Assembly (NCBI GenBank): GCA_963708515.1
Contig: CAVPSX010000012.1
Span: 409,185-473,184, forward strand
DNA: 64,000 nt
Direction: 5' to 3'
Source: an uncultured delta proteobacterium
GTDB lineage: Bacteria > Desulfobacterota > Syntrophia > Syntrophales > Fen-1087
Part shown: piece by piece, positions 46,693 to 56,958 of the stretch
Position numbering within the stretch: position 1 is the stretch's first letter
Layout: every line of letters starts with the position of its first letter
The notes under the pieces: generated by a model
Told to the model about the DNA's origin: nothing
Databases searched by the model: none
Seen by the model: the letters and a program-made list of their open reading frames with translations, nothing else
Program-made: the position numbers and the translations under genes

Positions 46693-49600
46693 ATGGCCGT
46701 TTTTAAACGCTATGCCGGAAACCGGTTGGGGCTTCTTGCCGACCGCCTGGCTGAATGCATCCGGACCCCTCTCTCCTCCCCCTGGCGCCGGAAATCATCA
46801 TTGTACAGAGCAAGGGGATGGAGCGCTGGCTGTCCATGGAACTGGCTCGCCGCCACGGCATCTGCGCCAATATACGCCTTCCCTTTCCTAACGCCTTTCT
46901 GGACGAATTGTTCAGGACCATGCTGCCAGAATACCGGGAGGCACCGGCCTATGATCCGGAAATTATGGCATGGCGGATCATGGACGCGTTGCCCGCCTGC
47001 CTTACGGATCCGGTATTTGCGCACCTCCGGCGTTACCTGCAGGACGACGCCGGCGGACTCAAGGTTTATCAGCTAGCTTACCGCGTGGCCGATCTCTTCG
47101 ATCAGTATCTGGTGTTCCGCCCGGACATGGTACTGGACTGGGAGGCGGGCAAAAGCGGGTACGGCGAGGATGCCTGGCAGGCCAAACTCTGGCGGAAGCT
47201 GCGGCAGAATGACAAAAGCCATCACCCCGCCGGCCTCCGGCGCATGCTGCTTGAGCAGATTCGGCGCTCCCTGCCGACGTCCGGACCTCTGCCGGAACGC
47301 ATTTCCATTTTCGGAATCTCCTGGCTTCCGCCCTTCCATCTTGAGATTTTCCATGCGTTGTCCGGCCGGCTGGATGTCAACCTCTTTGCCCTGAATCCCT
47401 GCCGTGAATTCTGGACGGACATCCGGTCCGAACGGGAAGTGGGCAGGGCCGTTGAAAAAAGCAGAGTATCCAGCGGGATAAAAACCCTGTCTGCAACCGA
47501 CCTCCATCTCGAAGGGGGCAACAGCCTCCTGGCTTCGTTGGGAACACAGGGCCGCGACTTCTTCAAATGGCTCACGGACCTGACCGGAGAGGAATATGAC
47601 GTTTTTATTGATCCCGGCGAGGCCACTCTCCTGCAGGCGATTCAGTCAGACATTCTGCATCTGCGGGAAAGGGGCCGGGGCGAACAGGCGAAAACCTGCA
47701 TCGATTCTCTGGACCAATCGATGCGTATCCATTCCTGTCACAGTCCCATGCGGGAGGTGGAGACGCTGCACGATCAGATTCTGGCCCTGTTCGATGACGA
47801 TCCGGACCTACTCCCCCGGGACATCCTGGTCATGGCGCCGGACATGGACACTTATGCCCCCCTGATTCATGCTGTTTTTGACGCCACTTCGGCGCCGTCT
47901 CAGGATCATGCCGCCCTCCCCCGGATTCCCTTTACCATCGCCGACCGGAGCCTCAGGGAAGACAGCCCCATCATGGATGCCTTTCTGGACCTTCTGGAAT
48001 TATCGGGCAGCCGTTTCGAAGTTTCATCGGTCCTCGCCCTGCTCGAAGCGCCGCCGGTCAAGAGAAGATTCGGCCTGTCGGAAGAGGATATGGAGCGGAT
48101 TCGGCGCTGGGTCAGCGACGTCCGCATCCGATGGGGCATTGACGGGGCATCCCTTCGACAGGCAGGATTGCCGGACTTTCCGGATAACACCTGGATGGCC
48201 GGTCTTGAAAGGCTTTTCCTGGGTTATGCCCTGCCCGGACGGGACGAGCAGCTGTTCAACGGTATTCTGCCCTACGATGCAATCGAAGGCCTGGAGGCTC
48301 AGACACTGGGCCGCCTGGTTGAATATCTCAATGGTCTCTTTGCATGTGTGAAGGTTCTGGATCAATCCAGAACGCCCGGCGATTGGGCGGCGGTCCTGTT
48401 GACGCTTCTGGCACAGTTTATTGAGGGCGATGAGGAGACCCAAAGGGACGTGCAGGCGGTCCGTCAGAGCCTCCTGCGTCTAACCTGGCTGGGCGAGCGT
48501 TCCGGCTTTGACGCCCCGGTGACCATCAGCGTCATCAAGTCCTTTCTCAGGCAGCACTTCGAACAGCAAGGCTTCGGCGCCGGATATATCAGCGGCGGCG
48601 TCACCTGTTGCGCCATGCTACCCATGCGCAGCATTCCTTTCAAGGTGATCTGCCTGCTCGGAATGAACCATGACGACTATCCTCGCCCTTCCCGAACGCC
48701 GAGCTTTGATCTGATGGCGAAAGCCCCCCGGCCGGGAGATCGTTCGCGGCGCCATGACGACCGTTACCTCTTCCTGGAATCCCTGCTTTCGGCAAGACAG
48801 AAACTGATCATCAGTTATGTCGGCCAGAGCATTGCGGACAGCAGCTCCCTGCCTCCTTCCGTCGTGGTCTCGGAACTGCTGGATACCATTGAAAAGGGGT
48901 TTACATCGCCGGACGGCGCCATCAGGAACCTGCTGACGACGAACCATCGCCTGCAGGCCTTTCATCCGGCTTATTTTTCAGGACAATCAAATCTTTTCAG
49001 TTATTCAGAAGAAAACAGCCATGCCGCCCGGCGACTGCGGGCGCGTTTCGACGCCAGGCCGACATTTTTTGCCGGCGCTCTTCCTGATCCCGGCAAGGAC
49101 TGGAGAAATATTGAAGTCATCGATCTGGTTAATTTTTTCCGAAACCCTTGTCGTTTTCTGCTGGAAAGACGCCTGGGGACGACGCTTGTGGAGGATGCGG
49201 ATATGCCTGTTGACCAGGAGGCATTCGACATCACCGGGCTGGAAAGATACGACCTTGAGCAACGTCTTGTGGAAAAGGCGCTCGCCGGGCAGCATCCGGA
49301 GGCGCTCTTCCCGATATTTCGCGCCTCCGGCCGGCTTCCTCATGGAAACGTGGGCGCCATCTGTTATAATAACCTGATTCGGGGAGTGGAAAATTTTACA
49401 GCCGGAATCAAACCCTTTCTGACGGGCGAAGCGCTGGAGCCTGTCGATGTCCGTCTGGATATCGCCGGTTTTCAGTTGCATGGCCGTATTGAGAACCGGC
49501 GCCCCGGCGGCCTGTTTCACTATCGCTATGCTGAACTCAAAGCCGGGGATCACCTGCGGCTCTGGGTGCATCACCTGATTCTGAATCATATGCAGCCGGA

Positions 49601-49982
49601 CGGGCAGGACTCCTTCGGGAGCCTCCTGATCGGCCGTGATCAGGGGTGGGCGTATCTACCCGTCACAAATGCCGCAGCCGTTCTGCAGCAGCTATTAACA
49701 CTGTATTGGAAGGGATTGTCTGTGCCGCTCAAGTTCTTTCCGGACGCTTCATGGACATACGCGGAGCAGAGGCTTGAAAACGGAAAGACAATAACCGAGG
49801 CCTTGCGTATGGCACGGCCGCTCTGGACGGGCTCCGACTACAGACGCGGCGAATCGAAAGATCGTTACTACCGACGCTGTTTCGGGGAACAGGATCCCCT
49901 CGACGAGGAATTCGAGCAACTGTCGGTGCTGGTTTATGAACCGTTGATGAAACACAGAACGAGTGCTTTGCATGGCCGCTGA
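46693..49982 (+). pseudogene. recC: exodeoxyribonuclease V gamma subunit (RecC), N-terminus displaced by a frameshift in a C5 run (46778-46782)
   Basis: MAVFKRYAGNRLGLLADRLAECIRTPLSSP (frame 1) followed by LAPEIIIVQSKGMERWLSMELARRHGICANIRLPFP (frame 0) reconstitutes the canonical RecC N-terminus. One extra C would restore the frame. Confidence 0.85.
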
Positions 49983-49985
49983 AAA

Positions 49986-52900
49986 ATGACTCCCTTTGAT
50001 CTTCTAAAGAGCCCGTTGCAGGGCACCCATCTCATCGAGGCCGGCGCCGGCACGGGAAAAACCTATGCCATCGCCGGTCTCTACATCCGCCTCATCCTCG
50101 AAAGGGCAATTCCGGTGAGGGAGATTCTTGTGGTCACTTTCACCCTGGCGGCCACGGCCGAGCTGAAAGACCGCATCCGCCGCAAGCTCCGGGACACCCT
50201 CGATGCATTTTTGCAGGAGGACAGCAAAGATGCTTTTCTACAGGCGCTCATCCGTACCTTCCCGCATCCCGCTCTGCGAAAAGAGGCCTGCGAGCGCCTT
50301 CGCGCCGCTCTCCGGGATTTCGATGAAGCCGCCATCTTCACCATTCACGGCTTTTGCCGGCGTATGCTCCACGAACATGCCTTTGAAAGCGGAGCCCTTT
50401 TTGACACCGAACTTGTGCCGGATCAGCGCCGGTTGAAAGAAGAAATTGTCCGGGATTTCTGGCGGACGCATTTCTACGGGACCCTGCCCGAACTCATCGG
50501 ATATGCCATGAGTCAGGGCTTCACGCCCGCTTCATTGGTCAGGCAGGTGGAGAATATCGCCTTGAATCCCGATATCCGTGTCCTGCCCGAAGGCGAACCT
50601 ACTTCCATCGACATCATCCGGAAGTCCCTCGCTGCTTTCTACGCGATGGTTGCGGAATTGCAGGCCATCTGGACGTCGGTACGGGAAGAGGTCCGTCAAA
50701 AGCTTCAGGATCCGGCCCTCAAAGCCAATATTTACGGCCCGAAGACGGCAAACCGTCTCGTAGACGCCATGGATGAGTGGCTGGCCGCGAGAGAATTCCA
50801 GCCCTTCATGGATTTTGAGAAAATGACCCCTGAGAGGATCGCAAAAGCCGTCCGGAAAAACACAAACCCTCCGGAACATCCGGTATTCGCGATCTGCCAA
50901 GCGCTTCTGGAGAAAGCCGACGATCTGCGCCGGGAGCTGGATCAATATTTGCTTTTTTTAAAAACCGCTCTCATCAGGATGCTCAGGACTGAACTGCCTG
51001 CCCGCAAGCAGAAACAGAACATTCTGTTTTATGACGACCTGCTCGTCAGGTTGAGAGACGCGCTCGAAAAAGAGGGAGGCGGCGCACTCGCAACCGTGAT
51101 TGGCAATCAATTCAAAGCCGCCCTGATCGACGAATTCCAAGATACCGATCCAATTCAGTATGCTATTTTTCATACCGTTTTCGGCGGGGAAGACCACACC
51201 CTTTTTCTGATCGGCGATCCCAAACAGGCCATTTACAGCTTCCGCGGCGCCGATATTTTTGCCTATATGCAGGCGGCAGGCGACGTCGGGACGGGCCATA
51301 CCCTCGATCGGAACTGGCGGTCGGAACCGGGCCTCATTGAGGCTGTCAATGCCCTGTTTTCCAGGCCCGGCAACCCCTTCGTGTACGGGGATATTTCCTT
51401 TCGTCCTGCAGAAGCCGCCCCGATGGTCGGGCGCAAGATTCTAACTATCGACGGGAAACAGCCTTCCCCCCTGGAATGGTGGTTCATCCCGGCCGTCTTG
51501 TTCACGCAATCAGACAAACCCCTGCCAAAAGAGACAGCCCGGCGATTCATCGCCGACGCCGTAGCGGCGGAAATATCGCATCTCATTCGCCTGGGGCGCG
51601 AGCATCGCGCCATGATCGGACAAAGTCCGCTTGATGAGAGCGATATGGCCGTGCTGGTGCGCACGAATCGGGAAGCCGGGCTGATCCAGCGGGCCTTGCA
51701 GAACCTCCGGATTCCCAGCGTCCTTACCAGCGAGGAAAACGTCTTCGATTCCCATGAAGCAGGCGAACTCCTGCAGGTATTGCAGGGAATTGCATGGCCC
51801 GCCCGTGAAAATCTCGTACGCGGCGCTCTGGCGACGGACATGCTGGGCGCGGGCCCAGGCGCCCTTGATCAATGGCTGCACGACGACGACGGCTGGTCGG
51901 CCCGTCTGGAAACATTCAGACAGGATCACGAATTATGGAAAACACGGGGCTTCATGCGGATGTTCCGGACCCTGACCCTCAGAGAGGGCGTGCGGAGCCG
52001 TCTGCTGTCCTTTCCGGACGGCGAACGCCGCCTGACAAACCTTCTGCATCTAACAGAGATCCTCCATGAGGAATCCCAATCCCGGAACCTGGACAATGAC
52101 CGGCTGTTGCAGTGGCTGGCGGAGCAACTGTCCGGCAAGGGGCGGGAAGACCGGGACGAGCACCTCCTGCGCCTGGAAAGCGACTCCCGCGCGGTGAAGA
52201 TCCTGACCATCCACAAGAGCAAGGGACTCGAGTACCCGGTTGTCTTCTGTCCATTTGCCTGGGGATCGTCGCGCATTGCCAGAGGACCTTTTTATTTTCA
52301 TGATGAAAGCCGCAATCGGGAGTTGACGCTCGAACTCGGGCCTGCGAACCAGAGCGCGCACAAGCTCTCAGCGGAAAGGGAACGGCTGGCCGAAAACTGC
52401 CGTCTTCTCTATGTGGCGCTGACGCGGGCGAAACACCGCTGTTATTTCCTGTGGGGACACATCAATGAAACGGGCAGTTCCGCACCGGCCTATCTCTTCC
52501 ACGGGGCGAAAGCGGATATCCATCCAGACTGCGGGGAAGGTACCGTTGACGTCCTGGAAAAACACGTGGGAGCAATGTCGGATCAGGACATGCACAGCGA
52601 TTTGGAGCGTATCACGGCAGACAGCGGCGGAACGATCCGGTTGCGGGAGCTTCCCAAAACGCCGGGCATCCCCGTGCCGCCGCGCGTGGACGCTTTCGAA
52701 GTAATCGCCTGCCGGACATTCAAGGGACGTATTGATCCATCCTGGAAAGTGGCCAGCTATTCGCTGCTTGTTTCCAGCCCCTCCACACTGATGGACCTGC
52801 CGGACCGGGATGCGGCTTTGTCTCCGGCGCCATCATATTCACCCAACCTTCATACCCCTTCTCCTGCCTTCCCCGGGCGGGAGGACAGGACGGAAGGGGA

Positions 52901-53657
52901 AGCCGACAGAAGCATTTTCAGCTTCCCCGGCGGCACCCGGACCGGTATCCTGATCCACGATATCCTTGAACAGTTTGATTTTACCGAGCGCAATCCCGAT
53001 GTGATCAGCCGTCTGATTTCCGAAAAGCTTCCTGTTCACGGTTTTGACGGGCACTGGGAAGGGACATTGACCAGGATGCTGCAAAACGTGGCCGCCTGCC
53101 CCCTTCCGCTGCCGGCAGCATCGGAAACAGGTTGCACCCCGACCTTTACACTCTCTCAGATCTCGAAACAGGCCAGGCTCAATGAGCTGGAGTTCTATTT
53201 CCCGCTGCGTATGATTTCCCGTCAGAAGCTCGGCGACATCCTCGGCGGGGATGGGTTGAAAGAAACGGGTCTGGAACGCCTGAACTTTAATCCGGTTCGT
53301 GGTTTCATGCACGGCTTCATCGATCTGGTTTTTGAACATGAAGGGCGGTTTTATCTGGCGGACTGGAAATCCAATATTCTGGGTTACGACATTGCGGACT
53401 ACGCGGGCGCCTCATTAAGGAAGGCCATGGAAACGCATTTCTATATCCTGCAGAGCCGTCTGTATGCCGTTGCACTCCACCAGTATCTCGCGCTGCGACT
53501 GCCGGATTATGCGTACGATACTCATTTCGGCGGCGTTTATTATCTTTTTGTCCGGGGGATGGATCCGGCCTGCGGGTTTGAGTATGGCGTCCATGTCGAG
53601 CGGCCGGAACGGAGTTTTATAGAAAGGCTCAGCCGGTTGCTGATTGCACAGACATGA
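49986..53657 (+). CDS. recB: exodeoxyribonuclease V beta subunit (RecB; UvrD-type helicase plus PD-(D/E)xK nuclease)
   Basis: Walker A EAGAGTGKTY, helicase motifs (IDEFQDTD, IGDPKQAIYSFRGA, TIHKSKGLEYP) and the C-terminal nuclease GFIDLVF...LADWKSN. Confidence 0.9.
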   Translation: MTPFDLLKSPLQGTHLIEAGAGTGKTYAIAGLYIRLILERAIPVREILVVTFTLAATAELKDRIRRKLRDTLDAFLQEDSKDAFLQALIRTFPHPALRKEACERLRAALRDFDEAAIFTIHGFCRRMLHEHAFESGALFDTELVPDQRRLKEEIVRDFWRTHFYGTLPELIGYAMSQGFTPASLVRQVENIALNPDIRVLPEGEPTSIDIIRKSLAAFYAMVAELQAIWTSVREEVRQKLQDPALKANIYGPKTANRLVDAMDEWLAAREFQPFMDFEKMTPERIAKAVRKNTNPPEHPVFAICQALLEKADDLRRELDQYLLFLKTALIRMLRTELPARKQKQNILFYDDLLVRLRDALEKEGGGALATVIGNQFKAALIDEFQDTDPIQYAIFHTVFGGEDHTLFLIGDPKQAIYSFRGADIFAYMQAAGDVGTGHTLDRNWRSEPGLIEAVNALFSRPGNPFVYGDISFRPAEAAPMVGRKILTIDGKQPSPLEWWFIPAVLFTQSDKPLPKETARRFIADAVAAEISHLIRLGREHRAMIGQSPLDESDMAVLVRTNREAGLIQRALQNLRIPSVLTSEENVFDSHEAGELLQVLQGIAWPARENLVRGALATDMLGAGPGALDQWLHDDDGWSARLETFRQDHELWKTRGFMRMFRTLTLREGVRSRLLSFPDGERRLTNLLHLTEILHEESQSRNLDNDRLLQWLAEQLSGKGREDRDEHLLRLESDSRAVKILTIHKSKGLEYPVVFCPFAWGSSRIARGPFYFHDESRNRELTLELGPANQSAHKLSAERERLAENCRLLYVALTRAKHRCYFLWGHINETGSSAPAYLFHGAKADIHPDCGEGTVDVLEKHVGAMSDQDMHSDLERITADSGGTIRLRELPKTPGIPVPPRVDAFEVIACRTFKGRIDPSWKVASYSLLVSSPSTLMDLPDRDAALSPAPSYSPNLHTPSPAFPGREDRTEGEADRSIFSFPGGTRTGILIHDILEQFDFTERNPDVISRLISEKLPVHGFDGHWEGTLTRMLQNVAACPLPLPAASETGCTPTFTLSQISKQARLNELEFYFPLRMISRQKLGDILGGDGLKETGLERLNFNPVRGFMHGFIDLVFEHEGRFYLADWKSNILGYDIADYAGASLRKAMETHFYILQSRLYAVALHQYLALRLPDYAYDTHFGGVYYLFVRGMDPACGFEYGVHVERPERSFIERLSRLLIAQT

Positions 53658-53671
53658 GGCAAGGGAAACGG

Positions 53672-56500
53672 TTATCGCATCCAGCGATTACCGCCGGCCG
53701 CTTTCGCCCGATACATGGCAAAATCGGCTTTTTGAACAAGGGTGTCCCGGTCGGGACCGTCATCAGGAAAAACGGCGGTGCCGACGCTGGCCCTTATAGA
53801 AAGCTCCCGGCCGGAAACGGCAAAGGGCTGCTGAAAGGCCTGAAGGATTTTCTGTCCGAGCGGTTCCAGATCTTCAATCTGCCTCATCCCCGGCAGCAGC
53901 AGCAATAACTCGTCACCGCCGAACCGGGCCAGCGTATCGCCGTCGCGCATCTGTGAGGCGAGACGATCCGCGACACCGCGCAGCAACTGGTCGCCCATGC
54001 CGTGACCGAAACGATCATTGATCTCCTTGAATTTGTCCAGATCCAGCAGCATCAAGGCAAATTGCTCACGACTGCGTCTTGCAAGGGCCAGGACCTGGGA
54101 GAAGCGGTCATAAAAAAGCAAGCGGTTCGGCAGGCCCGTCAGGGGGTCGTGATAGGCCATATGCTGGATGGCTTCCTCGGACTTGCGCCGCTCTGTGATA
54201 TCATGTAGTATTCCGCGGAAGCCTTTTGGCCGCCCGGCAGCATCCCGGATAAGAGAAACGGACACCTCCAGATGCTGCTCTTTCCCGTCCGGCCGGACGG
54301 CCCGCCAGGAAATCCCGCGCAAAGGTGTCCCGGTCAGATAAACCTGATGAAAGAAACCGAAGATCATCGCGGCATCCTCATCTGCGGCATAAACCGCAAA
54401 ATTCTTGCCTTCTATTTCGCTGTACGGGATGTTCAAGATCCGCAGGGCCGCATCATTGACAAACGTGATGGTCCCTTTGATATCCACCTCATAGTAGCCG
54501 TCACCGATGTTTTCGATAATGGTCCGGTATCGCTCTTCGCTGAGCTTCAGATTCTGTTGCGCCTGTTTGCGCTGCGTGATGTCTTCATGCGTTCCTTCAT
54601 AATAGAGAACATTTCCATCGCCGTCGCGGACAGCCCTCGCGTTGACGGACACCCAGAAGGTGCTGCCGTCGGCGCAGAAGGCCTCATGTTCAAAATTCTC
54701 CACATATCCCTGCTCGGCCATGATGCGCTTGAAGGCATCCCACTCCGCCAGTCGCACATAATGCTGGCTTGCGATATCCTTGATACCTGAAATCATTTCT
54801 TCCGGTGACGCGTAACCGCACATGCGCGCCAGCGCGGGGTTGACGCTGATGAAACGCCTTTCGGGGGAACTCTGAAACATGCCGATGACGTTGTTGTCGA
54901 AAATCGCCCGATACTTTTCTTCGCTATCCATCAGCGCCCGTTCCACCTGCTTACGCGCGCTGATATCCCGGATGGACTCGATGGCCCCGATGATGTTTCC
55001 CGACTCATCAGACATAGGGCTTGCCTTGATCCACAGAAACACGTCCTGCCCGGGGACAAGGTGTTTGGAGACAGACTCTGCAATAATGCTGTCCTTGTCT
55101 CTGGACAGAAACGGATACATTTTTTCAATTTCGGCATCCGGTCTAATCGCGAGATCGATCAGGATGGGTCTGCGCACCCCGTAAAACGGACAGGCATATT
55201 CGTAACCGCCCCTCCCCAGCATGTTCTCTTTATTAGTCCCTGTCATCGCTTCCATGGCTTGATTCCAGGCGATCACCCGGCCCTCCAGGTCAACGGCAAA
55301 GGTCGCATCCGGCAGGAAGTTGATGATATCGGATAGACGCCGATTGGCCTCTCTGGACGCTTCCTCGGCGCGCTTGCGTTCTGTGATGTCGCGGCCGATG
55401 CCAAACCGGCCGGTGATGTTCTCCTCGTCATCCCGCATCGTTGTGGTCACAAATTCGACGGGGATACGTTTGCCATCCTTGTGCAACAGCAGGGTTTCAT
55501 AGGCCGGGACATCCTGGCCTTTCATACCTTTTTTAAAATGCGAAGAAACGTCAGCAAAAGACTCAGGTGCAACGGCGAAGGTAAAGGGGTTCCCCGCAAG
55601 TTCCTGCGGCTCATATCCCAGCATCTCCTCAAAACTTGAATTGGCATAGCTAAAACGGCCTTTCGCATCCACAACAAAGACAAGGTCTTTGGTTGTTTCG
55701 ATCAACGTACGGAACCGCTCTTCGCTCTCCTGGAGCGCCTTTTCGATCCGTTTGCGAATGCTGATGTCGCGGACAACCGCATGAATGAGTTGTTTTCCCG
55801 GAAGTTCCAGACGACTGAGGCTGACCTCGGCGTCAAACGACGTTCCGTCATAGCGGCAATGGCGCCATTCAAAGAATTGCGGTTTCCCCATTAGCGCGCC
55901 ATTTATCTTTTCGATGGCCTTTTGTATGGAGTCTCTGCCGTCCGGTTGCAGCGGCGTCGAAAATCGCGCCGGCGTCTGGCCGATGATCTCCAACCTGCTG
56001 CATTGAAACATCTCGAGCGTTTTCGGATTACAATCGATAAAGTGATAATCATCTATGAGGAAAATCGCATCCTGGGCGCCTTCGAACAGAATCCGGAAGT
56101 GTTCCTGACGATCATGCAGCGCCTCCTCGATCTGTTTTCTTTCCGTGACATCCATGGAATTTCCGAGAATAGCAGCCTTCCCCTCCCAAGTGAAGGGCAC
56201 AATTGTCTCCATGATCCAGTGTATCCGGCCGTCCTTCGCCAGGACGCGAAACTCGCTGGGCGAGTTTTTCTTGCCCTGCAGCATCGCGCGGGCGTTTTCC
56301 CGGGCATTTTCCCTGTCTTCGGGATGAATGATGTCGGCCGGCGGCCGGCCCACCAGTTCGTCCGGCGTATAACCCGCATAGGACGCGGCATTCCGGTTGA
56401 TATAACGGAACTGACCGTCCTGGACGACATAGATTCCGGCAAATGACTGCTCTGTCATGAGTCGGTAGAGTTCCTTCTGTTTATCTATGGGCTTGCCCAT
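53672..56500 (-). CDS. multi-PAS-domain diguanylate cyclase (GGDEF)
   Basis: Six or so PAS/PAC repeats (recurrent ...ITERK..EEAL... linkers) and a C-terminal GGDEF domain (RFGGDELLLL). Confidence 0.9.
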   Translation of the reverse strand: MGKPIDKQKELYRLMTEQSFAGIYVVQDGQFRYINRNAASYAGYTPDELVGRPPADIIHPEDRENARENARAMLQGKKNSPSEFRVLAKDGRIHWIMETIVPFTWEGKAAILGNSMDVTERKQIEEALHDRQEHFRILFEGAQDAIFLIDDYHFIDCNPKTLEMFQCSRLEIIGQTPARFSTPLQPDGRDSIQKAIEKINGALMGKPQFFEWRHCRYDGTSFDAEVSLSRLELPGKQLIHAVVRDISIRKRIEKALQESEERFRTLIETTKDLVFVVDAKGRFSYANSSFEEMLGYEPQELAGNPFTFAVAPESFADVSSHFKKGMKGQDVPAYETLLLHKDGKRIPVEFVTTTMRDDEENITGRFGIGRDITERKRAEEASREANRRLSDIINFLPDATFAVDLEGRVIAWNQAMEAMTGTNKENMLGRGGYEYACPFYGVRRPILIDLAIRPDAEIEKMYPFLSRDKDSIIAESVSKHLVPGQDVFLWIKASPMSDESGNIIGAIESIRDISARKQVERALMDSEEKYRAIFDNNVIGMFQSSPERRFISVNPALARMCGYASPEEMISGIKDIASQHYVRLAEWDAFKRIMAEQGYVENFEHEAFCADGSTFWVSVNARAVRDGDGNVLYYEGTHEDITQRKQAQQNLKLSEERYRTIIENIGDGYYEVDIKGTITFVNDAALRILNIPYSEIEGKNFAVYAADEDAAMIFGFFHQVYLTGTPLRGISWRAVRPDGKEQHLEVSVSLIRDAAGRPKGFRGILHDITERRKSEEAIQHMAYHDPLTGLPNRLLFYDRFSQVLALARRSREQFALMLLDLDKFKEINDRFGHGMGDQLLRGVADRLASQMRDGDTLARFGGDELLLLLPGMRQIEDLEPLGQKILQAFQQPFAVSGRELSIRASVGTAVFPDDGPDRDTLVQKADFAMYRAKAAGGNRWMR

Positions 56501-56562
56501 CGCGGAAATCTCCTGATCTATCCTGCCCTGAAAAGAATCTCGCCCCGGCCCGTCAGTTTAAA

Positions 56563-56718
56563 GAGACCTCTGAACAATGGGCCACGCCGGCAATTAAATA
56601 ATTTTTCGCTGAGCCGAATATCACACCTCAATCATGACGGATTTCAAACTTTCAAGTTTATCTCTGAAGAGGTAAAATACTTGATTTGCCGCTTACGTAC
56701 CATTTTTCAGCGGGTCTG
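56563..56718 (+). repeat. family-1 palindromic intergenic element, copy D (degenerate)
   Basis: GAGACCTCTGAACAATGGGCCACGCCGGCAATTAAATAATTTTTCG ... GACGGATTTCAAAC ... TTGATTTGCCGCTTACGTACCATTTTTCAGCGGGTCTG aligns with copies A-C. Confidence 0.7.
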
Positions 56719-56958
56719 TTGATCTTGGAGTTACTGTATATATCTGGCCCATTTTTTTAGCGGCGTCAAGCTTTTTCAAGGCGTCCCTTCGCCCGCCTTG
56801 CCGGTTTTGGGCTTTCTTCCTTGCCCCCTGTTTTATATTGTATTTTTCTTTAATCTCTGCAAGATTCTCCCAGAACCTGATGCAACTCCTGCCGGAACCG
56901 CTTCGGTCGCTTGGGATGCAGGCTAAATTATGATCACGAAAGGGACTGGACCAACCGC

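Noticed and set aside
28496-56718. Whether the dispersed repeats could be a CRISPR array or IS elements
   Set aside because: The copies are kilobases apart rather than regularly spaced by 25-50-nt spacers, and no cas genes are present. No transposase ORF or long coding capacity lies inside or next to them, so they are at most non-autonomous (MITE/REP-like).
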